In this document: in pieces, positions 25,901-40,500 of the stretch
Layout: each line of letters starts with the position of its first letter
How positions within the stretch are numbered: the first letter of the stretch is position 1
Source of the DNA: Neodothiora populina
Lineage: Eukaryota
Direction of reading: 5' to 3'
Assembly (NCBI RefSeq): GCF_041146345.1
Contig: NW_027191409.1
Span: forward strand, 1,054,001 to 1,118,000
Length of the DNA stretch: 64,000 nt
Made by a program: the position numbers and the translations under genes
The notes under the pieces: model-generated
Told to the model about the DNA's origin: nothing
Databases searched by the model: none
The model's input: only the letters and a program-made list of their open reading frames with translations

Positions 25901-27342
25901 GCCTGAGCGCCACTGATGGAGCCCTTACCAAACCCGTCCCATGCCTTGAACATCTGATCGTAAATCTTCTTCTCGTCCTTTGTGATGGCCCAAGGGACAG
26001 AGGCATTTCCACGCAGGCCTGCTGCAGAGAAACCCGCTTCGCGGCCTGGCTGAGGCATCATCTGCTGCTGAAGGGCCTGGAGATTGGGCAGGCCGGCAGA
26101 TGGTGCATTGACTAGACCCCACTGGCCTGGCATTCCGGTGGGTTGGGCATTAAGGGGCGCGGCTGGGTAGCCAGTCTGCTGCGGCGACAGACCTTGACCG
26201 AAGCCTGTGGGCATTGGAGGCATCGGTGGACGAGGTCCGTTGTATGCTGTCGGCTGAGGCTGAAGAGAGTTGGGCTGGTAGCCTGTGGGTTGAGGCTGGA
26301 GGCCTATCTGCTGGGACTGGAAGCCGGGCATGTAACCAGTAGGCTGAGCAGTGAGCTGAGCCATAAGTTGGCTATTCGATGGCTGTGTGGGTTGCGGCTG
26401 CTGGATCTGTGGAGGTTCGCTGAAGTTGGGAGCATTGGTAGCGGGTTGTGGAGGTGGAGGAATGTCATCGGCGACACCGAACGAGATGATGTCTACCATG
26501 CTGGAGACCTCGTTCCTGACTCTTTCAGGAAGCTGAGCAGGCAGGTCCTTGCCGGTCAGCTTAATGTTGCAAAGATACATTGCGAGTGCAAACTCGGGGA
26601 AAAGCAATTGACCAGACTTGGTGGTGTCGGACAAGGTCCAGATCTGCGAGAGAGCATCGCCGGGTAGCTTGGAGCGAAGGAGCAGGTCCTTTGACTTCTC
26701 GCCCGATAGAGCTTGATCGTCGCCCACTGCGGACTTGAAGAGCTGCTCGAACTTGGCCTGGTCTTGAGCAGTGATGAAGGACAGCCGTATGTTGGGAATC
26801 TTGTGTTTCGCAGAGGCAGCTGGTGGCTTCGGGCGCGTGTGGGAGGGTGTAGCGCGGAACGAGTCTGCCATCTGGGCTGAGGTCATGCCCGTGGGTTGCG
26901 GCAGCTGGGGCTGGGCGACAGGCTGCTGCTGAGGTTGCGGTTGGGCAGGATAGCCAGTGGGCTGAGGCTGCATTGACTGCATCTGCTGTTGCTGCTGGAA
27001 GGGCTGAGGGGGATATCCAGTCTGTTGCGCCATGAGAGGCTGCGGCTGACCAAACTGTTGCTGTGGTTGTTGGCCTGGGAATCCAGTGGCCTGAGGCTGC
27101 AATTGCTGCTGCTGTTGTTGGGGAGGAAAGCCGGTTGCCTGAGGCTGTAATCCACCAGACATCTGAGGCATGCCGGTGTATTGCGGCTGCATCTGGTTCA
27201 TCTGGCCAAAGCCTGTCGGTTGGGCAGCAAACCCACCGGGTTGCAGATAGGACTGCTGCTGCTGTGGTGGTTGTCCATACTGCCCTTGTCCTGGTCGACT
27301 GCTGTTGCCGCCGCCCAGGTATGAGTTGGAATTAGAGAACAT
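22913..27342 (-). CDS. PAN1: Actin cytoskeleton-regulatory/endocytic scaffold Pan1
   Basis: QPTG repeats, two EH domains ([31 protein letters not shown]), coiled coil, polyproline, C-terminal WH2 ([14 protein letters not shown]); intron 24072-24124. Confidence 0.96.
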
Positions 27343-29108
27343 GGTGACGAGTAAATGGGCGCAATCACCATGCGATCATCCTCTGTACAGCGACGAAGAG
27401 CAATTGCAGAGAAGAGATTGAATTGTATACAAACAGATAGAAAAGACAAGGAGTCGAGCTGGACAGAGTCGGATGTGAGGGCAAGCAGAGAGCCAAAGTA
27501 GGTGTGTTCCAGGAAGGTACAGGCAGTGGCAGTGGCAGTGGCAGCGGCACTGTAAAGGTACATGCATCAATGTATCGTGAACCTCGACGCCTAAGGGGAA
27601 AGTGGCAGCTCTCAGTGCCAAGGAAAACGTGGCTTTGCGTCACTGTACACGACACCTGGAACTCCGATGCCATCTACGTCCGTACTATGCTGTACATCAT
27701 TTAAGGTACTCCCGCTATACCGCGCCTTGAAAGTGGATCTTCTAGAACTTATCAATGTCTTGTTGCTTTCCATGAGCCTTTTATCTGCTGCAATTGGGTC
27801 TTGTTAAAAACGGACAGGGTTGACATCAATAATACAAACACAGCTAGGACATATTAGACGTACATGATCCCGTCACTGTAACTTGCGCCGGGCTACGCCT
27901 GGGTCAAGGCGCAAAGAGTGCTATTGTCTGAACGGTCACGAAGTTAAGAGGCAGAAATACAGGAAGCGCTATACATTATATGCATTAGTACAGTCATATT
28001 ACTCAGAGCAAACAAGCGCTGATCTCAGTACCGGTAGCTGGTTAGACAAACAGTATCCTTATCTCTGGCTGATAGAGCATCCGACTGCACCATGTTCAGA
28101 GGTCCAAGCGATGCTTATGTTTTGATATTGTCCTTCATCTCTTTCTATGGCCTCAGATGTCCTGAGGCTACGAAGTTTACCTATTTACGGTGCTGTTCGT
28201 AATCCAGTACAGCTCCTCTGACGCCGAACATGGTTCTGAGCAATCTCCGTATACAGCGCCTTGCTCTCTTTCCTCTTTCGAGCCAACCTGCGGCATAAGA
28301 TGGACAACCGAGTAGGAACACAAATCAAATCCTCTAGGTCGAGTGTTAAGCGCAACTTGGGGGACGGGCCTCAGAAAGTGTCATGTTAAGATCAAGCCCT
28401 CATTGAGGATTCATTCTCTTCCTATTATAAATATGATGCAGTGCATCGTTCATCATGGGCCATGAGAAAAGAAAGGAGAAAGGATCAAAAAAAGCCAGCC
28501 GGTGTTATTATTATTTCCAAGAGTTCCTCTCGCGAGCCGTCCGAGATTCAACCGGTCTACCCCAGCCAGCGCAGCAGACATAAAAACTTCTTCCATCCTG
28601 CCCTGAACCTACTTTCTTTTCTTCTTTCGTGCGGCGGTACGATTTCGAAATTTCCCCTGGTTACTTCTACATCCTTTACTATTCTCTATGATGTCCTGAA
28701 GTGTCAATCGTGCCACAGAGCGAAAATATTGCATACTTAGTTTACCAGCCACTTCCGCTTCTGACTGCTTTAATTGTCAAGGTGGCCTTGGCGGCGTGCT
28801 GAAGACTGAACATATCTTTTCTTTTTGTCGGTGTTTTGTAGTTGCAGATGTTCTACCGAAAAGGGTACCTTATATGCATCGTATCCCTTTGAATTCGGAA
28901 GATATTGTCTAGTAACTTTTCAAGTAGCTTGAGCCAATCTTAAAAAAACTCTTCGAACTTGAATTATCTGCCTCGTCTACATTTTTTGTGTTTGTACATT
29001 CTGTATCCGCATATCTCTGATTGTTGTTCCACGTCAAGCTGTAACGTCGACCATCTTCTGGATCAGGTTCAGCTTCTTCCTGCTGCGGTGAATATATCTG
29101 CACTAAGC

Positions 29109-31382
29109 ATGAGTGGCCTCAAAGTTGTCGCATTGATCTCCGGCGGCAAGGATTCGTTCTTCTCCATCTTACATTGTCTAGCGAATGGACATGAGGTTGT
29201 GGCCCTTGCAAATTTGCATCCGCCGCTCCAAGATGGCGAACAATCCGACGATATCGATAGCTTCATGTATCAGACAGTCGGTCACTCTGTCATCCCACTC
29301 TACGAGAAAGCTTTAGGCCTACCTGTCTACAGACAGGCGGTATTGGGCTCGGCAGTTGATTCCAACAAGAGTTATGCTACACCTCGCCACAATGACGGAC
29401 AAGTCACAGCTGCAGAAGATGAGACAGAAAGCCTACTTCCACTCCTCCTCAGAGTCATGGCAGCACATCCCGAGGTGAAGGCAATAAGCACAGGAGCCAT
29501 ACTTTCAGATTATCAGCGTACTCGTGTGGAATCTGTCGCTATGCGTTTGGGATTGACACCGTTATCCTATCTCTGGCAGTATCCATTCTTGCCCCCATAT
29601 TCTGAGACATCACTCCTTGATGATATGGCGGCTATCGGCCAGGACTCTCGTATCATAAAGGTTGCCTCGGGCGGACTCGATGATAGTTTCCTTTGGGAAA
29701 ACGTGTCGAGCGTGCGTACGAAAGGCCGACTTGTCAAGGCTATGCAACGATTTGGTACTTTGGGCGATGGTGCCGCAGTGGGCGAAGGCGGAGAGTTCGA
29801 GACGCTCGCTGTCGATGGTCCTTGGCCCATCTGGAAGCATTCTATCCAAGTCGACTCCGATGATCGCCTTGTGTCTATGGGGGATGCAGGTGTCGTGTCT
29901 CTGAAACTGAAGAATGCGCGTCTTGTTGCGAAAGATCCTGCTGATGCGTCTGTCACAGCTGCTTCTGTGCTAGAGCGATTACGACAGCCCCCAATGCTGG
30001 ATAACAAATTCGCAGAGATTCAGTCTCGAATCGATACAGAGCACGAGGCATCAAGTGAAGACCTGCTACAGGATGCCAATGAGAAAATTGACCTCGAACA
30101 TACTTGGACGGAACAACACACTGGCAATCTAATCACTGTATCTAATTGTGTGGGCAGAGGCAGTGGTGCGAATGCACAGATGAGGGACATCATGGAACGG
30201 CTGGCCACCGACCACAATGTCCAACCTTCAACGATAGTGTTCACAACAATTCTACTAAGGAACATGTCGGACTTTGGAGGCGTTAATGCTGCCTATGGGG
30301 CAGGTTTCACTACACCTAATCCACCAGCGCGTGTCACAATATCGTGTGGAGATAAATTACCCAAGGATGTGCATGTATCGCTGTCTGTTGTCGCTTTGAC
30401 CGGCACAGCTCAGCAGGCGAAAAGAGGTCTACATGTGCAGTCAAGGTCATACTGGGCTCCAGCGAATATTGGTCCTTACTCACAAGCGATCTCGGTACCG
30501 ATAACATCCGTTCACGATTCCTCTGGCCCGCTAGTTGTACATGTTGCAGGCCAGATTCCATTGGTTCCGGCTATCATGGACTTTTCGTCGGCAGATTCTC
30601 TTAGTCCTGCTGCTCACTTTAAACAGCAAGCCATTCTATCCTTGCAGCACCTGTGGCGTATCGGTCAAATTATGAGTGTAAAGGGCTGGCTCGGGGCAGT
30701 CGCCTTCATAGACCGTAGTTCCGAGGTCTCGGGGAGCGAACGTGCCCGCATCGCCGTTCAGGCGTGGAATCATGCACATTCTCCGACAGATCAGAACGCT
30801 AGTGGGGAAGAAGACGACGACGAGGATGTTGATCTATGGGAGCAGACACATGGACAATATCAGTCATACGGCCACTCCTCTGGTACCCTGACAGAGAGGG
30901 CTGACATCAGGAATGAGTCCATCCCTCCAATCTTTGTGGCCGAAGTAGAAGAGCTGCCGAAGAGCGCTCCTATCGAGTGGGCCAGTGTGGGGAGCACTGC
31001 ATTACCGCAGAGCATGAACACCAGAGGTAATCACTACCTGTTATCTCATCATAGGCATCTTCTTTATTAATAATTCATCACAGGACATATCACATCGAAA
31101 TGCATGTGCCAGACGATGCAGGCCTCATGTAACGCTGAAAGCAGCATTACGTCCTGCTGGGTGACGCTGTACGACTTTCCCACGTCAATACTCAGTCACA
31201 CAGATCTTGGCCTTATAGACCATACTGGTAACGCGTACGATGGATCTTACACCATTTATACTACGCAACCGGTCAAGTCAGAAGTGTTGCCTTTTCCGCA
31301 AGCAACAATAATACCTTGCTACCGAATCTGGGACGCTGAGGGAAAGCCTGTCTCAGTGATTATAGCTTACCGATCCGCTTAG
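29109..31382 (+). CDS. DPH6: Diphthine-ammonia ligase with C-terminal RidA/YjgF-like domains
   Basis: VALISGGKDS, DSFMYQTVG, GAILSDYQRTRVE, GEGGEFETL, LHVQSRSYWAPANIGPYSQA; intron 31027-31083. Confidence 0.92.
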
Positions 31383-31967
31383 AAAGACCAATCATGCAAC
31401 GCACTACGCATAATATCGACAGTACAGCACTAGCCCATGATGTTTGTGATTTCCTAAGTGGGGTCATACTGTACTCCAACTCATCGTTTCACGAATCATT
31501 ACCCGTGTTGATGTTTGACCCCGCATCTGCATACTCATCGATTATCATCATCATCGACGTCGTCAACGTTTCTACACTACAGACTTCGTCCGGTACACCA
31601 TAGTTCAACCCCGCAGCTGATTCCGTTGGAGCAACACCTGTATTCCCGGAGTGGTTCTGACCACCATAGGTGGACTTGTCACTGCAGGCACGCGGGCAAC
31701 ACCTCATCTCACCGAGGTAGAGTTCACGTTGTGTTACGCAATAGACAGGATCAACATGACAGACATATTGTGAATGCAGCAGGGATCCCGAACATTGTAG
31801 GATGATAGACTCAAGGTATTTATACTAGATACTGTAGGTCTGAGGAATCTCTTTGCGTTCTCTTCCTAAGTTCTTATAAACCCTCCTTCTGGCATCAATC
31901 CACTCTGCACACATCATCAATACACTACTTGCTTTCTCGGACATAACAGAGAGAAGAATTTTGTGCA

Positions 31968-34117
31968 ATGGCTCCCGACATCAACGGACTCTCAAGTGGA
32001 ACGCGCAGGGTAGACTATTCGACCCCTGGGTCAACAGGTTATAACATTCCTGATATCAACATCAATGTTAGTGAAGTCTTCATGCGATGCGTATCATAAG
32101 GATGAGAACACTGAGGACGGTATCCAGGATCCAAGCAATCGCAAAATCCGTGTATTGACCATTGGAGCTGGCGTGTCTGGCATTCTCATGGCCTATCAGC
32201 TACAGAAGCACTGCAAGAACGTCGAGCATGTGGTTTATGAGAAGAACCATGATATTGGTGGTACGTGGTTGGAGAATGAGTATCCTGGTTGTGCTTGTGA
32301 TATTCCCAGCCATGCCTACACTTACAACTTTGCTCTCAATGTGAGTACTTTGATCGCCTTGCAGTAAAAAAAACAAACGGATAAAACACTGATCGCTCAC
32401 CTGCTAGCCCGATTGGCCTCGTTTCTTCTCTTATGCCCCAAATATCTGGGAATACTTGGACAAAGTATGCAATGTGTTCGACCTCCGCAAATACATGACT
32501 TTCAATGCAGAGGTGATGGGCTGTGAATGGCAAGATGAATTAGGAGAGTGGCTTGTTTCTCTACGTCAGACGTCCCCTTCAGACGGCTCTGTCCACGAAT
32601 TCCAGGAACGTTGCCACATACTACTTCACGCCACGGGCATCCTGAACAACTTCAAATGGCCCGTGATCCCGGGACTGAAAGACAAATTCAAAGGCCGCGT
32701 GATTCACACTGCCCGCTGGCCAAAAGACTACACCAAAGAGCAATGGCAGAACGACCGGGTAGCGGTTATTGGATCAGGTGCATCCTCGATCCAAACAGTA
32801 CCACATATGCAACCATATACCAAACATATTGACATCTTCGTGAGGACAGCAGTATGGTTCGTCCAGATCGCCAACAACTACGGGCAGAATCATGCGTACA
32901 GCGATGAAGAAAGAGCTCTCTACCGCAGAGACTCGGCGGCGCTGGTCGCTCACGCCAAAGACATAGAAGACCAGGTCAATGGTCTCTGGGGCTCCTTCTA
33001 TGCGGGCACAGAAGCGCAAGCCGATGGCCAGAAACTATTTCGAGCACGTATGGCCGAGTTCATCAAAGACGAGAGGTTGCTCAAGGGATTCACACCCGAT
33101 TTTGGAATCGGATGTCGTCGCATCACGCCCGGTGATCCCTACATGCTGGCGATCCAGAAAGAAAATGTCGATATTCACTTCACTCCTGTAATGCAATGTA
33201 CCGAGGACGGTGTCGTTGGCGAAGATGGAGCGGAGAGAAAATGCGACACGATCATCTGTGCTACTGGATTCGACGTCAGTTACAAGCCCCGGTTTCCCAT
33301 CGTCGGAAAGGGAGGCGTGGATCTGAAGGATAAGTGGGCCACCAGCCCGGCTGGCTATCTGGGTCTCATGATTCCTGACATGCCCAACTTTGTTACATTC
33401 ATTGGGCCTACATGGTAAGTCATCCTTATTTCTCTCTTATGGTTCGTCGAGTCCTACACTTGTAGCCACAAGATCCGCCCACGTCCTCGTGGAAGAGAGA
33501 CAAAAATAAGTAAACGAGGACTAATAAGGCATCTACCCTATAGGCCAGTAGAGAACGGCTCCGTGATGGGCCCCCTCGGGACCGTGGCAGAATACACAAT
33601 ACAGCTAATCACGAAGCTCCAAAACGAGCCCAACATAATCTCCCTTGCGCCATCTCAATCCGTCACCGACGCCTTCAACGACCACGCGCAAGAATGGATC
33701 AAGCACACCGTGTGGAAGGAAGGGTGTCGCTCATGGTACAAGGACAACGACACGGGCCGCGTCAACGCCGTGTGGCCGGGCTCGAGTCTGCACTATCAGC
33801 ACACGATCGCGACGCCTCGTTATGAGGACTTCGAGATCGTGAGGAAGCAGAACGACAAGGAGAATATGTTCAGTTGGCTGGGCATGGGTTGGGCGGTGGA
33901 GAATAGAGAGCCGGACGCGAACAAGAGTCCGTATCTGAATACTGACGTGTTGGATCCGAAGTGGGTTGCATCTTATACTGAAAAGGACGAGAAGAACGGG
34001 AACGGTGGAGGGCTTGGTAAAGAGGTGATGGGAAATGGTGATGGGAGGGGAGACGAAGGCTTAGGCGATGAAGGTGGGAAGGTCCTGATGCAGGCTGGTA
34101 CCAAACAGAATGCCTGA
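31968..34117 (+). CDS. Baeyer-Villiger/flavin-containing monooxygenase
   Basis: [27 protein letters not shown] fingerprint [25 protein letters not shown]; introns 32067-32127, 32341-32407, 33414-33543. Confidence 0.93.
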
Positions 34118-34763
34118 TATGCTTCAGTTCTGCTCCGTGGAGATCGTATAACAGCAGATGCAGGTCTTGGTGTCTCTTGACAGGAGCGCATTCCATCCGG
34201 ACTACGCGTAATTTACCTTCGTCATGATTGAAGTTCCTTCCCTTCTGAGACCAAAGTCCTCGTTGCGTCATTTGGCCTTTGGCGGTCTTCCTCTGGTCGA
34301 CCTTACTCTGACATGCAACCTCTACTATTCGCCCAGTATTGTATCAATCTTGTAGCCTGATACCCATTCCCCTTAGTCAAGACGTAATCATTGCATCGCC
34401 TCGTAGCTTTCGCTTCGAATGAGCGACTCTTTGGATAAAGTGTAGAGCAGGAATATCGATATTGTATTTATTGTAGAGAGAAGCGGAGGTCCAAGGCCGG
34501 AGGAGCGGGCCGAACCGCAGAGCCCCTCGTAACAGAACATCTGCTCCATGACATGTGAACGTGGATATCAGTGTATACCATCTCTAGTCATATGTATTTC
34601 TCGAAGCTGACGACATTCTGCTGTCTACGAGAGTAGTCGAAGGTTCTGTACTTCTGCCTTCTGCATTTGACATGCACCACTGAGAGAGCGTAACGCTCGA
34701 GAGCCACTCATCTGCGGTCATCTTCCACAGCCCCTCATCTCCTTTGGAGGCCAAACAGCAACA

Positions 34764-36066
34764 ATGGCCATATCACCAGCCATGCACGGCTTGCACAACT
34801 CGACTGGACAAGAGGAACAACAGATGCACGAAGCAAATGCCAGGGCTGCAAAGACAATGTCCATACAGACATTGGGTGGCGCCACCAGTGCATCGGGAAG
34901 CACGGCGAGCACGAATGTAGCTGAGCAATTGGACGAGCAAGAAAGAAGCAAATACGTCAAGGGTATATTTGAATCTTGATAAAACACTGTCTGGATCTAC
35001 TACTGACAATCCCTTCACAGGCAAAAAGATTGGTGCAGGTCAATACGCCGATGTCTTTTCTGCCCACCTCAAATCCGATCCGTCAAAGCTCGTCGCGATC
35101 AAGAAAATCAAAGTAGGACCCGAAGTCGCAGAATGGGGCATTTCTCACGACTCCCTGCGAGAAATTAAATTCCTGCAGGAGCTCTCTCATCCAAACATCA
35201 TCAGACTACACTCCATCTTCAGCTCCAAATCTCAAAACCTGAATCTCGTCCTCGAATACCTACCCCAAGGCGATCTATTGAAGCTCATCCAGGACGTGGA
35301 AAACATCCATTACGGACCCTCGGACATCAAGGCATGGATGGTCATGCTCTGTCGCGCCGTCTGGTTCTGCCACCAGAACTTCGTGCTACATCGCGATATC
35401 AAGCCCAACAATCTGCTGATTGCCGCCAACGGCGAGATCAAACTCGCTGATTTCGGTCTCGCACGCAGCTTTGCGGATCCTTATGCGCCAATGACTTACA
35501 ACACCATCACGAAATGGTACAGGCCTCCTGAGCTGTACTTCCAGGCTCACTTTTACTCTGCGGCAGTCGACATCTGGTCAGTAGGGTGTGTTTTTGCAGA
35601 ACTCATCGCTCGCAAAGTCTTTTTGCCGGCGATCCCAGACACCGATCTCAACATGATCGCGATGATATGTAACCAGATCGGCACGCCGACCGAAGACAAC
35701 TGGCCTGGCGTCAGTAAGCTACGAGGCTACATCGCGCCCGCAAAAGAAGACATCAAGCCGGTCAAGTCGCGCGAAGAATGGGAAATGACATTCCGAACCC
35801 TTGGCCCTGTCGGTGTTGATCTGTTGATGAAAATGCTCGCCCTCGATCCACGACAGAGGTTGACCGCCACCGAGGTTTTGGAGCATGAATGGTGGACTTC
35901 CGACCCCCGACCATCGAGGCTGGAGGATCTGCCGAGGAAGGGAGGAGGCGGTGTAGGTGGTGAGAAGGTCATGAGTGATGATCTGACGAGGAGAGGCGGT
36001 GAGTTGCCTGCTGGGAGAGGAGATGGCGTCGCTCGTAAACTCGACTTTTCGTCCATGATGGGATGA
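34764..36066 (+). CDS. KIN28: CDK7/Kin28 TFIIH kinase (CDK-activating kinase family)
   Basis: VAIKKIK, LREIKFLQELSHPNII, LHRDIKPNNLL, ADFGLARSF, WYRPPEL, C-terminal VARKLDF; intron 34963-35020. Confidence 0.88.
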
Positions 36067-37524
36067 GTTGAGTTCACTTCTCAAATGCCGGACTTATGTC
36101 TATCTTTCCGAGCCCGCTACCCCAGCAGCACAGAGCTCAGACTACAGACAATTGAGCTGAGAAAGATATCCGCTTTCACGCTGAAGCACAGAGTTACGGG
36201 CCGTGTGCATCGAAACGAATTTAGCAGGCTCTTCTGTCCCAAAGACGGCACCAACTAAAGGAAACCGACTAAAACCCAGAAACTTTCATCTCGCAAACAA
36301 GCAAACCAGGCACTCCTCCTTTCGTGCTATTCAGAGCTCTTCGAGAACAAGCCCACAACAACACTATCCAGTTCGAGGCTCCATCAGCACGGCCTGGATC
36401 TCCTACCCACACCTAACCGACCAACCAAGAGTCTACCTTTCTTCTCCAAACCCCACCACGATCCCTCCTCTGCTCTTATTCTAAATCCATTCAATCGTAC
36501 ACTTGTACTCTTCAAGCAAAGAACTGCCGTAAAGACAATTCCCCGGCCACGACTAGAAGAAGCATACGAACGGCTCCAGGTATATATATATCTTGAAGGA
36601 TACGACTCCTCTTGGACTGCAAGAACGTCCAACCAAAGACGACGAAGAACGAAAGAAAGTACGGCCGCGGCTCGAGAATAACGGAGAGCATGATGAAGAG
36701 AGAAAGGAGAAGAAGGAAAAAGATGCTCGAGCCAGATAAGCAAGATCTTGTGCAATGGCGAAGACAAGGCGAACAACGGGCACGGAGACGGACAAGGTAA
36801 CCAAGCAGAGCTAAAAGAGTAGATCCATTACGGAAGTACCAGCCTATATTAGTAGATAGACCAGACAAAGAAAAGGCAAAAAAGAGATAAAGGCACTACT
36901 ACCGCTGGGAAAATGAAATTGAATACTTGATCGCTGTTTCTCGTGTGTTGCGTTGCCTCTCAACAGTAAGTGTCTAAGTACAGCACTTGTACTTCCGTTA
37001 CCTCTCTCGCTGGGCAGTGCAAGAGACTATGATACACCCTTTCATCGATGGTAAAGTGCAGCCATAAACAAGAACATAGAACAAGACAGGTAAGACAAGC
37101 ACGATCAAGTAGAGTCGGATAATAAACATAAAACTATAGGGGATGAAAAATATGAGTACCGTACGCAGCAGCAGGCAGACAGACAGATAGGCAAGAGTGG
37201 CAGGCGCACAAACACACAAAATAATAGTCCCCCTTCCTCCATTCCCCCTCGTTCCTTTCTTTCTCTCCCTTGCAGACCTCGAATCCAAGATCAACGTATT
37301 ACCAGGGCCTCCTTTTCCCCGTTGCCCTCTTCGCTTGCCTCATCCAAGCGCAAAACCCATTAGATATCCAACCCATCCAGCCCTTTGTTCCCTTCATCGT
37401 AGCTCGTGAATCCGACCGACACACACAAAAGAAGAAAAAGACAAAAAGCGAGACGTAAAGCATGCGGAACTAAAACAGAAAGGACCATACAAGATAAGCG
37501 AACAGAGACGAGAAAGGGGAAGAA

Positions 37525-40500
37525 TTACAGCTCCTCCTTGAACACAGTCTGGTGCTCACTGCTCCTCCTCGGGTTGCCTTCGACGCCGAACCCAGTAGGA
37601 GGCGCGAGCGACTCATCAAAGTGATCTCTCGCCTCCTCGAACTCGCCCTCATCATCGTCCTCATCGTCTACGTCTTCGTCGCTGTGTGTCACGGTACGGG
37701 CAATTGCGGACAAGGTCTCATTGTGGGCGTTGTTGACGCCTGCATTTGCGTTGTCTGCAGTTCCTGCGGTGACACTGTGGGAAGCGCGAGAATGGCGGCC
37801 AGAGCGACCGCGGCGCTCTTCACCGTCGGAGGAAGACGAAGAGAGAGAAGAGATGGAGTGCATGTCTGCTTCGTGGCGGCGGAAGGATGACGAAGAAGCA
37901 ACATCTGACAAGGAGTCTGCGGGGCCCTTGACAGTCCCGGAAGCGGCGAGAGCGGCTGCGTCTGCGCTTACTGGGGTTGTGGTAGATTTCGCCGTCGAAG
38001 AGGTGGCAGCAGCAGCACGGTCAGACTCACTTGGGACTTGAGCTTGAGATCTACGCTTGAACTTAGTGAAGAAGCCTGTGAATCCTCTGGATTTGCGCTG
38101 CTCAGCCGCTGCTGAGGTGGGTGAAGTAGGTGGAGTAGGTGAAGTGGGCGACTTGGGCGCTGTCGTCGATGCCTCAGTTGCCGACTCCTTCACTGCTGCA
38201 GGCGCCGCAGCCGATTCGACCGGCTTGGTTGTGGAAGAAGCTGTGACATCAGAAACGGGAACTGTTGCTGCCTCTTCCGTGACGGAGCCAGGCTTCCCCA
38301 CCACAGCAGCTGGAGGAGCAGTGGCGCGCTCGGCTATGGAGCGAGGATCAGCGATCAGACCTCCTGCTGCCGCTGCAGGAGCTGCCGCAGTCGTGCTTGC
38401 GCCTTCAGCTACCTCTGCATCAGACTCGTCAATGCTGGAGATGCTGCTGCTTCTGCTACTTCCTGAGCTAGACGAAGTCACCATTGCAGAGACGTGGCGT
38501 TCAAGCTCGGGACGCAGGGATCCATCTGCTTGAGTCACACCCGAGCCACGAGTATCAGTGCGGGCCACTGCATCGGACTCCGGGAGGTCGGTTCCTGTGT
38601 TGACAACTTCAGGTACAGCTGCTGCAGGCTCAGTGGTGGTTGTGGTGGCCTCATGCGCACCAGCGGCCGCAACAGCAGGGACAGCAGCTGCTCCAGAAAC
38701 GGACTTCCTAGAACCCAAGAAACGGCGCTTTTCGCCCTCCTTGCTCTTCTTTTCCTCCAGCTTACGGGCTTTCTCGACAGCCTTGGCTTCGTTCTTCTTG
38801 GCCTTTGCTTCTGCTTTCTCTTCGGCTGTTTCGTGTACAGTCAGTATGACGAAGCGGCAATCGAACCTGTCTTAGACTTACCTCTGAGACGCTTTTGTTC
38901 AGCTTTGGTCTCTCTCTGCCTCTCCTTCTCGGTCTGGACGACACGTCTCTGCTCTTCTTCATCAAGGCGTCTCTCTTCATCCGCCGCTCTCTTTTTTTCT
39001 GCGGTCTCGCTGATCTCGTTCAGGGTTGGCTGGAGCCTGCCCTGTGCAATGGCGTTGAGCTCTGACTGATCCATATATCTACCACCACCAATGTTGATCT
39101 TTCCAAAGTTCTTCTGGCGACTCTCGCTGTCCGCAGTGGCACGGGCACGGGCCTTGGCCTCCCACTCCTCCATCATGGCGGGCGAGACCTTGCCAGTCTC
39201 CTGGAAGACCTTCTCGTCCATGTTGTGCATCTGAGCTTGCACCTTTCTCTCAGCTGCGGCCAGTAGAGCAGCGCGGTCATTTGCACGTTTCTTGGCGTCT
39301 ACCTCGGCGACCGAGTTGTTCAGACCAGACATCTGGTGACGGATCCTACGTGAAGTGAACTCGTCATCGGAAGAGTCGTCGTCTTTGTTAGTCGCAGTTG
39401 TCTCGCTGTCTGCACGGCGGCGCTGACGACCGCGAAGTGACAGGCGGTTGCGAGGCGACTCGTACTCGTAGCCGTAGTGGGCCTTGTAGCGAGCAACACC
39501 ATCTGGATCGAGTTTGGCGAGTCTCTCCTGCGCAAGTTTCTGCGCGGCTTCTTGCAGATGAATGTACTGCATGGCCTGCTGTTTGAGATCTGGAGGTGCA
39601 CTAGAGGAAGACGCCTGGCGAGCCTGCACACTTGTTGCAGCACTCAAGCCGACCATGCCGGCAGCTGCGGCAGCCTCGTCCTCTTTTCTCTTCTTCTCTT
39701 TGGACTCGTACATCTGTTTGGCCATGGATATTGCGGAGGCGCGGAGAGCGGCTTGCTGTCGCTTCTCCTCGACTTCAATTTCGACGGGAGGGCGCTCCGT
39801 GTACATTTGACGGTCGGCGTTGGATTGATAGTTCTGAGTCCTCGCGGCGCGAAGAGCGTTGGCATCGACGGCAGGGGTGTTGGGTTGCGTCTTCTTCACC
39901 GATGGCTTGTTGGCGAAGGTGGCGGCGCTCAGGGCGTTGGCGCGTGAGTTGGCTGAATCAGGATATGCAGGATGGGCAACGGGAGCAGGAGTTTCCTTCA
40001 TCGATTTCGACCTGTTGACGGCGCCTGTGGCGGCAACGAGAGCTCTTCTACGGCCCTCCTCGGTGTAGCCATAGTCCAGTTGAGGGCTGGTGCTCTTCTG
40101 GTGCAGCGCAATGTTTGCGGCAGAATTGCCTTCTGCAGACGGCTGTGGCATCCACAGATCCAGTTTGCCTCCATCGCGGTGAGCTAGAAGAGCGGCCTTG
40201 GAACCAGCTGCGCTGAGCTCAGGCTTCCAGAGAGGCGCCATCTTGTAGTCTTTGGCAAGCATGGCAGCTTTGCCAGCATCCGCTGAAGGGTCGGGCTTCC
40301 AGTGCTCAAATGGCTTTTGGTTGTTGTTAGCAAGATTGGCGGCTGCATTTGCCGAACCTGCAGTGTTGATCCCAACCACGGGATAGCTGGGTAGGTCTTC
40401 GGGGCGCGCATACTTTAATGATTGCGCAGCGCCTGAGGGAGAGGTTGGTAAGTCATGTTCAAGATTTAGTCAGAGACAATTAACTTACTATGTGAGGAGA

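Noticed and set aside
27700..28950. Possible gene remnant between PAN1 and DPH6
   Set aside because: Only short open stretches, with no identifiable domain or consistent splice model.
31394..31830. Short ORFs between DPH6 and the BVMO gene
   Set aside because: No motif, codon bias or repeat support; probably terminator/promoter DNA.
36200..37500. Hydrophobic ORFs between KIN28 and the EIS1-like gene
   Set aside because: Low-complexity purine/pyrimidine-biased UTR-like DNA with non-ATG starts and no recognisable motifs.
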